Below are positions 44,603-57,500 of a stretch of 64,000 bases of DNA, one piece after another. Origin of the DNA: Eledone cirrhosa (lineage: Eukaryota); contig OZ024747.1 in the NCBI GenBank assembly GCA_964016885.1, forward strand, positions 84,630,001 to 84,694,000. The letters run 5' to 3'. Position numbers and translations under genes: made by a program. Under the pieces are notes generated by a model, which saw only the letters and a program-made list of their open reading frames with translations, searched no databases and was not told the DNA's origin. How positions within the stretch are numbered: position 1 is the stretch's first letter; each line of letters begins with the position of its first letter.

Positions 44603-46347
44603 TCTATATATATAAAGCTGTGGTTGTCTGTCTGTCTATCGATTTTTGGCACACATCTCCTCTTAGAATCTCTGACGGAATTGCACCGAAATTGCTATAC
44701 TTGTACATTGAGCCCTAGCGAAGACATCGGAAAAAAAATATTTCAAATTGACCCACCCTATGTGACAAAATCGAATCTAATGTATCGATTCTTGAGCGTA
44801 AGTGACGAGTTATTTCCCTTTGTTCTGTTTACATTGAGCGTCTTACGTTGTTTTTCTCTGCGTTGCAGTGTTTACATTTTCGATCTTTGTTAATAAATAA
44901 CCAGTGCAGCTTTTATCCCCAGCATCCTCTTTTGTTATAACATTCGGGTTATCGTTATGTTTTCTTAACTTCATAAGGCATATTGTTGGTTGAGGGAATC
45001 ATCATCATCATCATCAACGTTTAACGTCCGTGTTCCACGCTTGCATGGGTTTGGACGGGGGTAGTCCCACTTGAGGCAAGAGTGATTGTCTTGCTCGCAT
45101 AGGACTGTCTGGCAGGTTTTCTACAGTTGGATGCCCTTCCTAACACCAACCACATTTACAGTGTGGGGCTGGGAGGTTTTTACCGTGTTGCCTACACGGC
45201 CACATTACAGCGTGGACTGTGTGTTTTTTTGTCGTGACACCTACACGATCTCATTTGTTTCGGCCTGGATGGCGCGGCACCAACATAACTTTACATAGAA
45301 CGGGGTGGTGTGGATGGGGTGGGGGTGGTGGCGGGACGGGGTGTATTTTGTTAGAGATACCTACTGGCAAGGCGGGTCTTCTCTGTTACTGAGTACCGCC
45401 AAAGGTCTCGGTCCAGTGACATTGTCTTGGAGAGGTGTAAGTGTGTGAGGTCGGAGTTTATCAGCTCATCCCATGTTTTTCTAGGTCTGCCTATTCCGTG
45501 GCTACCGTCTATCTTTATTGCCCTGCACTTTGTTATACAGCTATCGACTTTCATGCGCATCACGTGTCCATACCAACGCAGCCTTCTCTCGAGTAAACAA
45601 CATCTGATCCCTCTTATCTCTAATTTTTTCCTTAGTTCGTTTATGCTTTGCCGTTCACGTATATTACTGTTACACATCCAGCGGAGCATGCAAGCTTCGT
45701 TCCTCTCTAGTCTGCATATATCCTCTGCACACAATGCCCAGGTCTCACTACCATGCAACATTGCTGTTCGTATGCAGGCATCGTACAACCTGCCTTTCAT
45801 TTTTAGGGAGAACCCTTTAGCAGCTAATAGTGGTATAAGCTCTCTGAACTTTTTCCAACCAGTTCTGACTCTAGCTACAGTACTTTCAGAGCACCCTCCC
45901 CCACTGCTGATTTTATCGCCCAGGTAACGGAAGCTGTCCACTATTTCTATAGAACCCTCTGCGCAATTGAAAGAGCTAGTATTTTGTGGGCACTTGCTGC
46001 TACTTATTGCACCAGAACACCGGCCACATGTAAAATCTATGTTCTTAGTTAGCTTACCTGTGATCCCACTACATCTTTTATGCACCCATACTTTGCATTT
46101 AGGACATAAAATGGAGTTTCTACCTACGCCTTTCCTACACACCGAGCACGACCATTTCCCAGAAGGGACCGCCGCCTTGTTTTCTTTCCTACAAACTAGA
46201 ACTTTGGTCTTAGGAATATTAATCAAAAACACCACATGCAAGTCTGCACAGTAGACACTACAGTTTTTAAGCCAAAAAAGAAACTTAACATTGTAACTTT
46301 AACACAGCTACTGAGCGACCCCGAGCAACGCCGGGCTTTACTGCTAG
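44603..46347 (+). mobile_element. Non-autonomous Helitron, interrupted by an RTE insertion
   Basis: A|TCTATATATATAAA 5' end followed by (GTCT)n. 3' hairpin cccgagcaacgccggg, then CTAG|T. No TSD. Confidence 0.8.
44998..46212 (-). mobile_element. 5'-truncated RTE (BovB-like) LINE with an open C-terminal ORF
   Basis: The 296-aa ORF (45351-46241) is highly similar to the 6727-8479 copy (CSVCRKGVGRNSILCPKC, LHGSETW, RLRWYGHV, GRPRKTW). (GAT)n tail; short ggaat duplication at the junctions. Confidence 0.93.
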
Positions 46348-46611
46348 TTAGGTATAAATTTAAAGTTAGAAGAAACGTGTACATACCGTAATTATATCCC
46401 TACCATGGTTTCGTTTGTATTTTGAGATATCCTATTAAGGACAAATCTCGAGTATCGAACTGATCAGGAGACAAACTCAATAGGACAGTTAATTTTCCAA
46501 AGCGATATATATATATATACATATATGTACATGTGTGTCTGTGTGTAAATTTATTTATTAAAGAAAATATGAAAAATATAGTGACATCAGAGAGAAAGAG
46601 ACATATTTCAC

Positions 46612-46730
46612 CTGTTCGAATAGCCACAGGTAACCAGGAGATTACCATTGATATCAAAATCTGATAAAGTTCCAGTGTGTGCTTCAAGGACATGCTCAGC
46701 ATTAAGAGTTTTGTGGTCATAAAGTGTTAG
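46612..46730 (-). CDS. PAN2: PAN2 coding exon 5 (119 nt, LTLYDHKTLNAEHVLEAHTGTLSDFDINGNLLVTCGYSNR)
   Basis: Resembles the PAN2 WD40 segment EHEFDAFSGSLSDFDVHGNLLAACGFSSR. Acceptor tttcag, donor GTGAAA; ends in phase 2. Confidence 0.92.
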
Positions 46731-47412
46731 CTGAAATGTAAAAGATGTAGAAATGTTTAGGGATTGGCAAATACTCACGATGGGTACAAATCATTCCTCC
46801 AGACCAAACCATAACAAACAAAAATAAAAGAAGAGAGAACAGCTCCTTTAGAATGGCATATCCTAGATACACCAGACCAGTGATTCTCAAAGTTAAATTC
46901 TGTTAAAAAAATCTGGAGTTCTGGAGGTCCACAAGATATAAATTTTTATTTTAAAAAATGCCCCACGTTCAATTTTTGTTTCATTTAATGTTGCATGAAA
47001 ATTAAGGTAGCAGTTATTTTCCACAAAATATAAATATGGCTTCTGTAATTTTTAGAGGAAAATTGTAAAAGAAGTTCTGTAATCATATACATTTGAAAAC
47101 CACTGCACTACAAAAATATGAAATCTTTCTAGGCCTAACACACTGCTTGATATAACACTACTACAGATTAATAATAAGAAAGTTATATCACTAAATCTCT
47201 CCAAATTTTTGTTTTCAAAATGATTTGACCGAGTTTCATTAGAAATACAGTAATAAAAGAGTTAAAAAAGAAGGACTCCTTGATTAGGGATGAGTTAGGA
47301 CTAACAAAATCTTCAACTCTTTTCAAAGCAGGTTTGGGTATGACAACATGCAATCAATGTTTGTATGTTGTTCTATTGCTACCGTTTGAACACTAAGAAG
47401 GATACAACATAC

Positions 47413-47490
47413 CTTGCCACTAGTGTCTCCAGCACATATGAACTTGTTTGAAGCTCTGAATATGGCACAGCCAGGTTCAACAACATCAAC
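47413..47490 (-). CDS. PAN2: PAN2 coding exon 4 (78 nt, VDVVEPGCAIFRASNKFICAGDTSGK)
   Basis: Resembles PAN2 VETPGVTIMRQTNRFFFCGHTSGK. Acceptor ttttag, donor GTATGT; phase 0 to 0. Confidence 0.92.
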
Positions 47491-48086
47491 CTAAAATACA
47501 TAGAAAGAAAATATACAAGAACTTAATGAAAGAAGTGGATAAATTTATATAAAATAACTTGTAAGCAAGCTTCTATGTAGCAATATGGAAACTAAATATT
47601 TGTTAAATTTTCCAACATCTTCAAAATGAGAGCTCTGAATGATGAAGCAAGCAATATGACAGCAGCTAAATCTACCTTAACTCTCAGGGTATATTTGCAA
47701 TGGAGGCAGGACAACGTTTCCTTTATTACAACAGTTATAACTTTCATTTCCAAATTTCAAAGCTCAACAATGATCGCATCGCATGAAACATTCATATAAC
47801 CAAATACAAAATTCTCCTACATTGCCATGTCTTAAATAGCTCCTCTTAATTTTTTTGTCCATGGAATTTCCATGGGTCACACTAGTATTTCTTAATTTTA
47901 ATAATTTTTTCATAAATGCAAAAATTGATGTGTAATTCAGGCCTAAGGAAGTAAAAAAATAAAATGGTATTAGCACTCAAAGAGTTAATTTTATTGACTT
48001 GAAGGATCACAGGCCAGTATCTTAGTGATATTGGAACATAAATGAGTAAAAAAAACTAGGTAACTTTCACTTTAACATTTGCTCAC

Positions 48087-48207
48087 CTCTCTGGTCTTTT
48101 GTAACTTATTGAGGTCAAGCTCAATGACTTTGGTCTGGTGACCACCCATTAGGACTGTCTCTGGACTGGTCAATAACATGCACTGCATGTCTTCCATATA
48201 TTCATCA
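48087..48207 (-). CDS. PAN2: PAN2 coding exon 3 (121 nt, DEYMEDMQCMLLTSPETVLMGGHQTKVIELDLNKLQKTRE)
   Basis: Resembles PAN2 EDMHSLLLT..TLLVGGLQNHIIEIDLN. Acceptor ttatcag, donor GTGAGC; phase 2 to 0. Confidence 0.92.
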
Positions 48208-48459
48208 CTGATAATAAATGAAATTTAAAAAAAAATATGAACACAAGGAAAATAATAACTTGCACATTTAATTAAAAATAGCAGTTTCTAAATTGGGTTC
48301 ACAGTTACATTTGCAGAAATATAATCAGTTTAATCAATCATAATATATGACTTAATGGTACATGTTCTTTAATGAGACTGCAAAAAGTATAGGAGAATCT
48401 GGTTCAAGAGTATTTTGAATTCAGAGCATAGAGGGTTCTCATCTCTTCAGAGAGGGCAT

Positions 48460-49811
48460 CCTCGTGAGGTGGAGAGAATACTTTGCTGATCTTCTACCCC
48501 AATCACACAGCATCTTCTGATGTATACGAGGTGAATCTGAGAGCAATAACTAATCTCTCAGAGGCTGAGGTCACAAGAGCAGTAAAAGAGGTCAAATGTG
48601 GCAAGGCTACTGGGGAAGATGAAATCCAGCCCGAGATGGCATATGACCGCGTTCCTCCGGATCTGCTGTGGAAGGTTGTGCAGAAGTACGGGATCAATGG
48701 TCAGTTTCTTGCTGCCCTGATGTCTCTGTACGAATGCTCAAGTATTTGTGTTTGGATAAATGGTGGGAGTCAGACTCTGCCAAGGGTGCATACTATCACC
48801 TCTCCTGTTCATTATTTACATGAACAGAGGGCGGTGGATTGACAGTATCGGTAGAGGATCAGGCGCCATGCTTTGACGCATAGAGTTACGGCCCTTCACA
48901 TTCTGAGTTCAAATCCTGCTGAGGTTAACTTTGCCTTTCATCCTTACGGGGTCGATAAAATAAAGTACCAGTAATGCACTGAGGAATTGCTGGTCTTGTG
49001 CCAAAAGTAGAAACAATTATTTACATGAACAGGATTGACATGTGCAGCTGTGTTGGAAGTGGTATCATTATTGGCAGGTGTAAAATCAATCGGCTGGAAT
49101 TTGCAGATGATATGGTGTTACTTAACTCGACAGGTGATCTCCAACTTGCACTTGGTAGGTTTGATGCTGAGTGCTACATGGCTGGAAGCCTGCACAGTGC
49201 ACTCAACATGTGAATGGAGTTCCATTGAAGCAGGTAGAGAAGTTCAAGTATCTTGGGGCTACGTTCATGAGTGATGGAAAGCAGGAGGCTGAATTAAGTG
49301 CCAGAATTGCAGGAGATGGTGCAATAATGCGCCAGCTTCAGCATTCAGTAATCAGAAAAAGGGAGGTGGGTGTAAAAGCAAACCTCGCTATCTTCAATTT
49401 GGTATTCATGCCAACCCTTATCTATGGTCATGAATCTTGGGTAATGACTGAAAGAATAAGGTTCCTCCGAAGGATCTTTGGGGTAATGTTACTCGATAGA
49501 GTTTGTGGCTCGGAGATCAGAGAGTCATTCCAGGTAGAGCCACTACTTCTCTGAATTGAGAGATACAACACTATGGGCATGTGTTCAGAATGTCTCAGGA
49601 AAGAATTGCTGGACAGATTTTATGGGCAAAACCAACCGGCAGGAGACCCAGGCATAGATCCCAAGCAAGATGGTTGGATAACATCTCGCTTGGTGATCTA
49701 GTCGGATCTGTTGGAGACGGTTGCTTCTGACAGGACCTGCTGGAAGGAGTGTTTGAGGACTCTGTTCCCACAACCCGTTCAGGAATAAGTGGAAGAAGAA
49801 GAGTAGGAGGA
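48460..49811 (+). mobile_element. Internally deleted RTE LINE in a PAN2 intron
   Basis: KCGKATGEDEIQPEM, AYDRVP, LEFADDMVLL, EKFKYLG and YGHESW motifs; GAA-rich tail. Confidence 0.88.
48828..49015 (+). mobile_element. Full-length tRNA SINE inserted in the RTE, 17-bp TSD
   Basis: TSD attatttacatgaacag at 48811-48827 and 49016-49032. Confidence 0.9.
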
Positions 49812-51289
49812 TAAAATTAAATGCCACAAAATATTTTTAGCAGTGTACAATCCATATCATTACCATTTAATTAATGATAATTGTTTCTACTTATATCACA
49901 AGATCATCAATTTGAAAAGAAGGGGGAAGTTGATGAAATTGACCCTAGTGATTTATTTTATCAACCAGCCATGTAAGCTAACCTCAGCAGCATTTGAACA
50001 CAGTACATAAAGGGACGTAACTATATGCTGCAAAGTATGTTGCCCGAAGCTCTAACAATACTGCCAATCCACCAATAATAAAACTATCTATCTCATGAGC
50101 TAACTTGAGAGTTTCTACATGGTTACGCAACGTGCTAGAAATAGCAGTCAAATCTGCCACATATTACAATCTACTGTATTAGTTCCCAAGCTTTATTTAC
50201 TTGTGGCACACTTTGTACATATTTATTCAAGAGTTTCTTAAACATATTAACATAGCATAGAGTAAAAATACATCTAAAAATACAAATTATTTTAATTTCC
50301 TTTAAGCATGCACATGGTGATTTTTGGCAATGTTTGGTTTAGTTTTAGTCGTTTCAACCATTCTTGATTTAGTTGTTTCCTATTTAGATAGTTATATGTA
50401 TATTATGGACCCATAACCCCTGGTGGAGTTATAGGGGCACCATAGTGACATATGGCATTTCTTGGGCAATTTTTAAGCCTGGCAGAGCCCAGTTCTTCTC
50501 CAGGTCTAAACACAACTGATTTCTTCCAGAGGAGAGAAAGGAATGAGAACGAGATATAGAGGAAGAATTGACCCCCCACTCCTGGACTGCTACTTATTTT
50601 AATGACCTCAAAATGATGAGTTGACCATGGCCAGATTGGAACTTAAAGTGCAAAGAGCAGGAACAAATACTGCTAGCATTCTATCCAATCTTCTAATGAC
50701 TGCCAATTCACAGCCTTTGTCAATTGTAAAATTATATATGAACTTTATTGCATGCAAATTTCAATTTTTACCTGATGCATTTTTGAATTGAATCTTGCTC
50801 TTTTGTAGTACACCTAATTACACCTTACAGTGTACTAGTGTGCTGAGAAGCATGGTTTGGGAACCACTGGGAAAAAAGATAGGAAAGCTAACTCAAAAGC
50901 TTATACATGGTCATACAAGCAGCTAGAAATAGCAGTCAAATCTCCCATATATCACATTCTACTGTCTTAAAAAGAGGAAGGATACATTAGATAATGTAGT
51001 CCTAGATACATTATTTCTGTTGGGGGATGGGAAATGATGGTATAGTCATAACTGGTATGCTTTTGATTACATATTTGTTCAATGAGATTTAACTTGGGGA
51101 TAATAACAACTATCCATTTCCTTACCAGTTACACATTTTCCCTATATTAGTTAAGATTGAATAAGTTTGCAACTACATCTTTCCACAAGTGCCATCCTGC
51201 AGCCCTTACACAGTATAATATGAAGTATTCTACAATTGTAATGGGGAGGGGGGGGGGGGGGGCAATTTAAGAGAAAAGAGTTCACACAC

Positions 51290-51459
51290 TTGTAGTCGAA
51301 CTGCTTCAGTCCTGTTCTCATTGAACATCGTAGATTATTCCTGGTGAGGAAGAGGCATCCTGTGTCCATAGAAAGAATCTGACGAATTTCATCTGTTGAA
51401 TGAACTTGAAATGATGTGTATTTCTCTAATCCAGCACCATAGTAAGATGTGACATGACC
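51290..51459 (-). CDS. PAN2: PAN2 coding exon 2 (170 nt, GHVTSYYGAGLEKYTSFQVHSTDEIRQILSMDTGCLFLTRNNLRCSMRTGLKQFDY)
   Basis: Matches the PAN2 motif GHATSFFGPALERYSSFQV...DIRQI...LFLTKNNL. Polypyrimidine tract plus ctgcag acceptor. A phase-2 donor GTGTGT keeps frame with the next exon. Confidence 0.92.
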
Positions 51460-53297
51460 CTGCAGGAAAGAGAAAGAAAAATTTTAAGTAAAAAACAAAA
51501 AAACACAAAAAAAACCCCTAGGTAGTCCTTGTTATGAGTTATTTTATTAAATAAGCATCCATGGTACTTGTTTTTTTGTTTTTTTTTCCTGATTAAAGAG
51601 TTCACTCTACTAAATATTATCCTCATTTGATCACCAACCACTTTACAGAGTGTATCAGGTGCATTTTATGAAGGCATAAGCACTAGAGATTTTGCTTTGT
51701 ACTTTGCAAAACTGAATAGTCCTCACTCCTGAATTGTTTTTATTCAATGCAACATGAAGGTGTATGGTCTAGTGGTTAGGGTATCAGAGTCACATTCATA
51801 AGGTTGTGGATTTGGTTCTTGGACTGGGTGATATGTTGTGTTCTTGAGCAAGATGCTCATTTCACGTTGCTTTTCATGGCATGACTGAATGTCCCATTAT
51901 CATTAAAATACCCAAACCTTGTGAGATGCAACTTCATAGGAGGTCAGTTAAATTTGCATACACGTAAGCTGTAAATAGAAGAGAGGGCAATGACAAGCTA
52001 AACTTGGATGAGAGAGTGAATGAAACAGTATGATGTGAGAAAGAGAGTAATTTGTGTGAGATGATAGAAGTGGAGGAAGTAATGAAAGAGAGACAGTGAT
52101 GGTACTATAACAGCGGCACTGGTTTGCTAGAGAGAGAGGGAGAGAGAGAAAGTGATAGGTAGTAGTAGAGATGGGGGATGGTAAGAGATAGTAATAGGTG
52201 TTAATAATGAGTGATCATAATCTCCATCTACTAAATTTCAGTCACAAGGCTTTGGTTGGGCCAAAGCTATAGTAAAAGACACTTGCCTAAGGTGTCACAC
52301 TGGAATTGAACCAGAAACCATATAGTTGTGGAGCAAACTTCTGAACCAGAGCCATGCTTGCATCTATTACAACTATGTGGTCCTTATACACTGTATTTGA
52401 AAACAATGACAGTGTGGTCATGGCAGAAATGCATTTGGTTATAGGTCTGTGTAGTCAGGGCTTACCTTGGGATATCATCATCATCATTACTATCACTAAC
52501 ATCACCATTATTATAATCAGTGTCACCACTTGTATTCTTGAAATAATTCTCAGGGAGATTCAGCATAGCAGACGGAGTGATAAGGCTGGCCCTTTGAATT
52601 ACAGGTATAGTCCATCTGATGGGCTCCCTAGAAGTTTTCATCTAGCCAATTTCATTCACATGGCTTAGGTTGACTTGAGGCTATGGTAAATGGCTGTTGC
52701 CTCTAGTGCCACACAGTGGGATCAAATCTGGGATCTTATGATTGCAAAAAACAAACTCTGTAACCTGATGCATCCAGTGACAGACTCGCCAGGTTGCCCA
52801 ATGGCAAGTGGGCCCCAAGGGGCTATTGTAGCACTACAGGCGCCCACTGTAGTATTTTAGGGGCCAATGCTTTGTTTTCAAAAAATATCTTTTAAAAAAT
52901 GTCTCAGAGAAAGAATAAATTTGTTTTAATAGAAACCAAAATATATAAAAGTGCTAACAGTTAGAATCACTGGCTTACTGTATTCATTCATGCATGTATA
53001 CATACATGGACACACATGTATATATATATATATATATATATATATTTAAAAGAATAGAGGTGTAACACACGAGTTATGATATATTGGTAAAAGGAAAAGA
53101 AAATGCTGACAAATTGTTCTCAGTGAAAAATAGTTTAATTAGGAATAAGTAAAAATTAGTAATAAGTATTGGTTAGTATTCAGTTTTGGTTTTAAGTTTT
53201 TACCGGTTGCGCATTTCTAATGCTTTTCAAAAATAATTTTGAGATAGAGTGCCCGTGATGTTTGCTCTAATCTGTATTTATATATATATATATATAT

Positions 53298-53765
53298 ATC
53301 ATCATCATCATCAACGTTTAATGTCCGTGTTCCACGCTTGCATGGGTTTGGACGGGGGTTTTCCCACTTGAGGCAAGAGTGATTGTCTTGCTCGCATAGG
53401 ACTGTCTGGCGGGTTTTCTACAGCTGGATGCCCTTCCTAACACCAACCACATTTACAGTGTGGGGCTGGGAGGTTTTTACTGTGTTGCTTACACGACCAC
53501 ATTACAGCGTGGACTGTCTGGCGGGTTTTCTACAGCTGGATGCCCTTCCTAACACCAACCACATTTACAGTGTGGGGCTGGGAGGTTTTTACCGTGTTGC
53601 CTACACGGCCACATTACAGCGTGGACTGTGTGTTTTTTTGTCGTGACACCTACACGATCTCATTTGTTTCGGCCTCGATGTTGTGGCACCAACATAACTT
53701 TACATTGAAAGGGGCGGTGTGGATGGGGTGGGGGGTGTATTTTGTTAGAGATGCCTACTGACTGT
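53298..53765 (-). mobile_element. RTE 3' UTR with a 112-bp internal tandem duplication
   Basis: Near-identical to 45001-45368; the duplicated unit starts at 53399 and 53511. Confidence 0.9.
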
Positions 53766-54066
53766 AGTATATATATATATATAAATATATATATATATAT
53801 GAAGAAGAAAGGAGGCGGTGTAGTTGGTGGATAAGGTATACTTAAAAATAAGAAGAAAGCATGGACGGGAGAAAGTTTTCCTTCATCAGTTGTCTGCTAG
53901 GGGTGTTTGATATTTCTATGCATACAAGCTGCCATGAGCTGCTGGCCAAAAAATTTTGTTATCAATGGGTTAAAGACATATGTAAAATAAATTAGTGGTC
54001 AGTTCTTCAGTCTAAAGACCCTAGGGAGAATGAGTCAAATAATGTTTGTACATGTTGAAAACATGT

Positions 54067-54370
54067 ATCATCATTATCATCATCATTTTACGTCTGCTTT
54101 TCGCTGCTTGCAAGGGTTGGACGGGTCCTATTCAGCACATCTCTCCACTTGTCACGGTCCTTCGTCATCTCCTCCGTGAGTTTCAGCGATCTGAGGTCTG
54201 CTCTCACCACTTCCGCCCATGTTTTTCGTGGTCTGCCTCTACTGCGTCTTCCTTCTACTGGGATTTCTTGGCACTTCTTTACCCAGCGGTCATCCTCCAT
54301 GCACATCACATGTCCATACCATCTCAGCCTTCTCTCCTGCACACCACAACTTATCCCTCTTCTACCCAGT
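54067..54370 (-). mobile_element. RTE 3' fragment
   Basis: QERRLRWYGHVMCMEDDRWVKKC...GRPRKTW plus a (GAT)n tail. Confidence 0.85.
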
Positions 54371-55119
54371 TTCTATATATATATACACATGTACATGTAC
54401 ACACATACAGACCATCTCCTGGCAACCAATATTTTTTGCCCAGTCTGCATCCACCGTCATTAGTAGAATTATAATATTGATTACACAATTATCAACATGA
54501 AAACCATTATTATAAAACTAATCATCATTAGCAACATTATAATCATCATCACTATTGATCCCATTATAATCACAAAAACCTTGTCATTAATGCACGCATG
54601 TATCTGAGTGTATATCACAAGCAATACTAAATGGTGTCAGGTAGGCTCTCTTTCTCCCATGCATTCTCCTCATTCAGTAATCTTTCATAATGGCTCATCC
54701 ATGTTACTTTCTTTTCAGCATCTATGAGGGTGAGTGTGCCTTTATCAGCAGACACTTCTCACTAATGATATCACAATTTTCCCTAACATACTGCCTCACA
54801 ATTCTTACGCTGCAAAATATGCTTGAATTTTTTATCTTCTGCTTCCTTCCTTGCAAAGTATACTTGTCGCCTAGCTTTCCTCATGGCCTCTATGTAGTGT
54901 ACCCTGCTTTCTCCATTCTTCCATTTTTTCCATGCCTGTCTTTTGGCCTTAATTGTCTCATTTACTTTACTGTTCCACTACTAAGTCACTCTCTTCTCTG
55001 TAGCCCTGCTTCATCCACAGATCTTTTCTGTTGCCTTCAGCAGATTATCTTTCAGGAACTCCAGCAAAATATCTCTAAATTCGTTATTGGCTGAGGGCTC
55101 TTTCAACTTCCATATCCTT

Positions 55120-55660
55120 CTCCTCTTTCTCAGCACGGCATCTCTCCACATGTCACGATTCTTTGTCATCACCTCTGTGAGTCTCAGTGATTGGAAGTCA
55201 GCTCTCACAATCTCTGCCCAAGTCTTTCTTGGTCTACTTCTACCGCGACTTCCTTCCACTACCATTTCTGGTACTCCTTGACCCAATGATCATTGTCCAT
55301 ATGCATCACATGTCCAAACCAATGCAGTCTTCTCTCCTGCACACCACCTCAAATTCCTCTTAAACCCAGCTTCTCCAACTCAACCAAGCTCTGCCTCCCT
55401 CTCACACTTACATTGCACATCCAACAGAGTTTTGTTGCTTCCTTTCTCTCCAGTTTATACATGTCCTCCGCAGTCAGTGCCCATGTTTTAATACCATGCA
55501 GCATCACACACAGGTGTCATACAGTCATCCTTTTGTATGTAGAAAGAAACCTTTTATAGTCGACAGTGGAAGTAGCTCTTTGAACTTTTTCCATGCTATC
55601 TTCATTCTAGCTATTATGCTCTCAGACCACCCGCCACCATTGCTAATCAACCACTTCTAC
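55120..55660 (-). mobile_element. Degraded RTE 3' fragment
   Basis: EGSRGRSRPRKTWAEIVRAD, with an upstream GGG..SIIAR..AWKKFKELLPL-like segment. Confidence 0.75.
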
Positions 55661-56017
55661 GGATCCTTCCTGTGACTGGAATAGGCTTACATCACTGGTT
55701 ATCTTCCCCTCAATTGATACCAAAGTTGAAAAAATATCTACAGAGGTTGATATGATTGACTAAATCCCTTGAAAGTGGTATCTTAGCATAGCTGTTGTCT
55801 AATGACTGAAACCAGTAAAAGAATAGTTCTGAAATCAGATACTACAGTTTAGAAAGAACACATGGGTGTATGTATCAGTAGCATTGTAATCATAAATTGT
55901 ATGAAACATTCACGCAGTCATCAAAATCTTCTAGTATAGAGAGCCTAAGAAAGCTACAAGTGTTGACAGCAACACAAAAAAGAAAAGAAAGAAAAACCTA
56001 TATACAGACTCACTTAC

Positions 56018-56260
56018 CCCTTGAGTTCCCATCCAAAGAAGTTCTTTCACAAGATCAAATGAGAGGGAGGACACTCCAAAATGATGGGCATCAGCCAGCA
56101 CACTGTGTGTCTCTGAAAACTGGACATCTCCAGAATTGTGATGTTCAGGCTGATACAGGTTCTCAGAGAATCGGGTTTCCATTAAGGAAGTATCAATGGG
56201 AATTGCTGCACTTGAAACAGCACCATTAGGAAAACCAACAGAAACACCGGGGTATTCCAT
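56018..56260 (-). CDS. PAN2: PAN2 first coding exon (81 codons, MEYPGVSV...FDLVKELLWMGTQG)
   Basis: The translation ends HSVLADAHHFGVSSLSFDLVKELLWMGTQG, resembling the N-terminus of animal PAN2 (FDxxEEMLWVGSHG). Acceptor tttcag ends at 56270 (9 nt of UTR precede the ATG); donor GTAAGT starts at 56017; phase 0. Confidence 0.92.
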
Positions 56261-56589
56261 TAAATATGTCTGAAATTTGAGAGTTAAAAAAAAAAAAAAA
56301 GATTAAGCATTGATAATTATGTAATTACAAGTCTCTAAGTCTAAAATTTGTCTTAGCCAGAAGGCTCGTTAGACCGGTGCGTATCCCAGTTTCATGGCAT
56401 GAAGAGACTGAGTACAAGACTTCCCCTAGGACAGGACGTCAATCTATACCAGCTATTGCTGGTACTCATTTCCAGTTGAGCATACTGGAGCAACGTGAAA
56501 TGAAGTGTTTTGCTCAAGAATACAGCTGAACCCACGACATTATGATCATAAGTTCAATCCCCTTACCACTAGGCCACGCGCTTCCACAA

Positions 56590-57500
56590 CTACAAGTGAG
56601 TGGCGATTAATGGTTAAGGTGTAAGAGTGTCAGAATGTATTACAATATTTGTTCTGGAAGCCTGTGCTTTCAGTTTAAACCCTGCTAATGTCAATTTTAC
56701 GTTTTATCCTTAAGAGGTTGACAAAATAAAATACCAGTCAAGTACTGGGATTGATGTAGTTAACTTTGCCTTTTTCTCAAATTTGTTGGCTTTGTGCCTA
56801 AATTTTAAATATTTGTTCTGGATCAACATTGCTTTTCATTCTTTCAAGATTGATAAAGGAAGTACAAGCCCAGTACTGGTACAGCCCTTTCACTGTCTAG
56901 CTGTCACCTCCTGGATGTTTCACTGGGTCAATACGTATTAATAATTGTTTCTACTTTTGGCACAAGGCCAGCAATTATCCATTACATTACTGGTACTTTA
57001 TTTTATCGACCCCGTAAGATGAAAGGCAAAGTTGACCTCGGCGGGATTTGATAATGATAATCATTTCGTTATTTTTTAATAACAATGATTTTTAATTTAG
57101 TTACAAGGCCAGCAATTTTGAGGGAAGGGAAAAGTCTATTATATCAGCTCCAATTCTTTACTGGTACTTTACTACAAGAAGAAGATAGGAAAAGTTGACC
57201 TCAACGATATTTGAACTCAGAACGTAGATTGTTGCCGAGTATAATTGATTATACGATCCTTAACAAAAATTGGCTTTGTGGTTAGTCTGTAGAAACATGC
57301 TGTGCGCAATAGTCAGTTGTGAAGATGGGCGAGATGGTAAAACGCCGATATAAGTGTATTGACAAATTTATAGTTGCGTCCGTTTTGGTCCCGAGTTCAA
57401 ATCCCACCGAGATAAATTTTATCTTCCAATCAATCTTCTAGGGTCACGGGTGGGGTCGATAAAGTATGCAACAGTAACACGCTGGTTCATTTTCACAAAG
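56590..57500. mobile_element. Cluster of partial Meta-like SINE copies in both orientations
   Basis: Repeated core variants at ~56690-56750 (+), 56940-57050 (-), 57100-57225 (-) and 57390-57485 (+). Confidence 0.65.

Larger units (their letters stand above)
52775..54445 (-). mobile_element. Non-autonomous hAT element (inverted relative of 59139-60628) with nested RTE fragments
   Basis: Its left end is the reverse complement of the 60490-60628 end, and its right end (tctcctggcaaccaatattttt.gcccagtc) is the reverse complement of the 59145-59180 end. The left flank gatgcatc is partly repeated as tgcatc at 54446-54451. Confidence 0.75.

Noticed and set aside
53860-53900. Minus-strand cagacaactgatgaagg, a Penelope hammerhead-like start
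   Set aside because: No closable stem II/GAAA/stem III arrangement.
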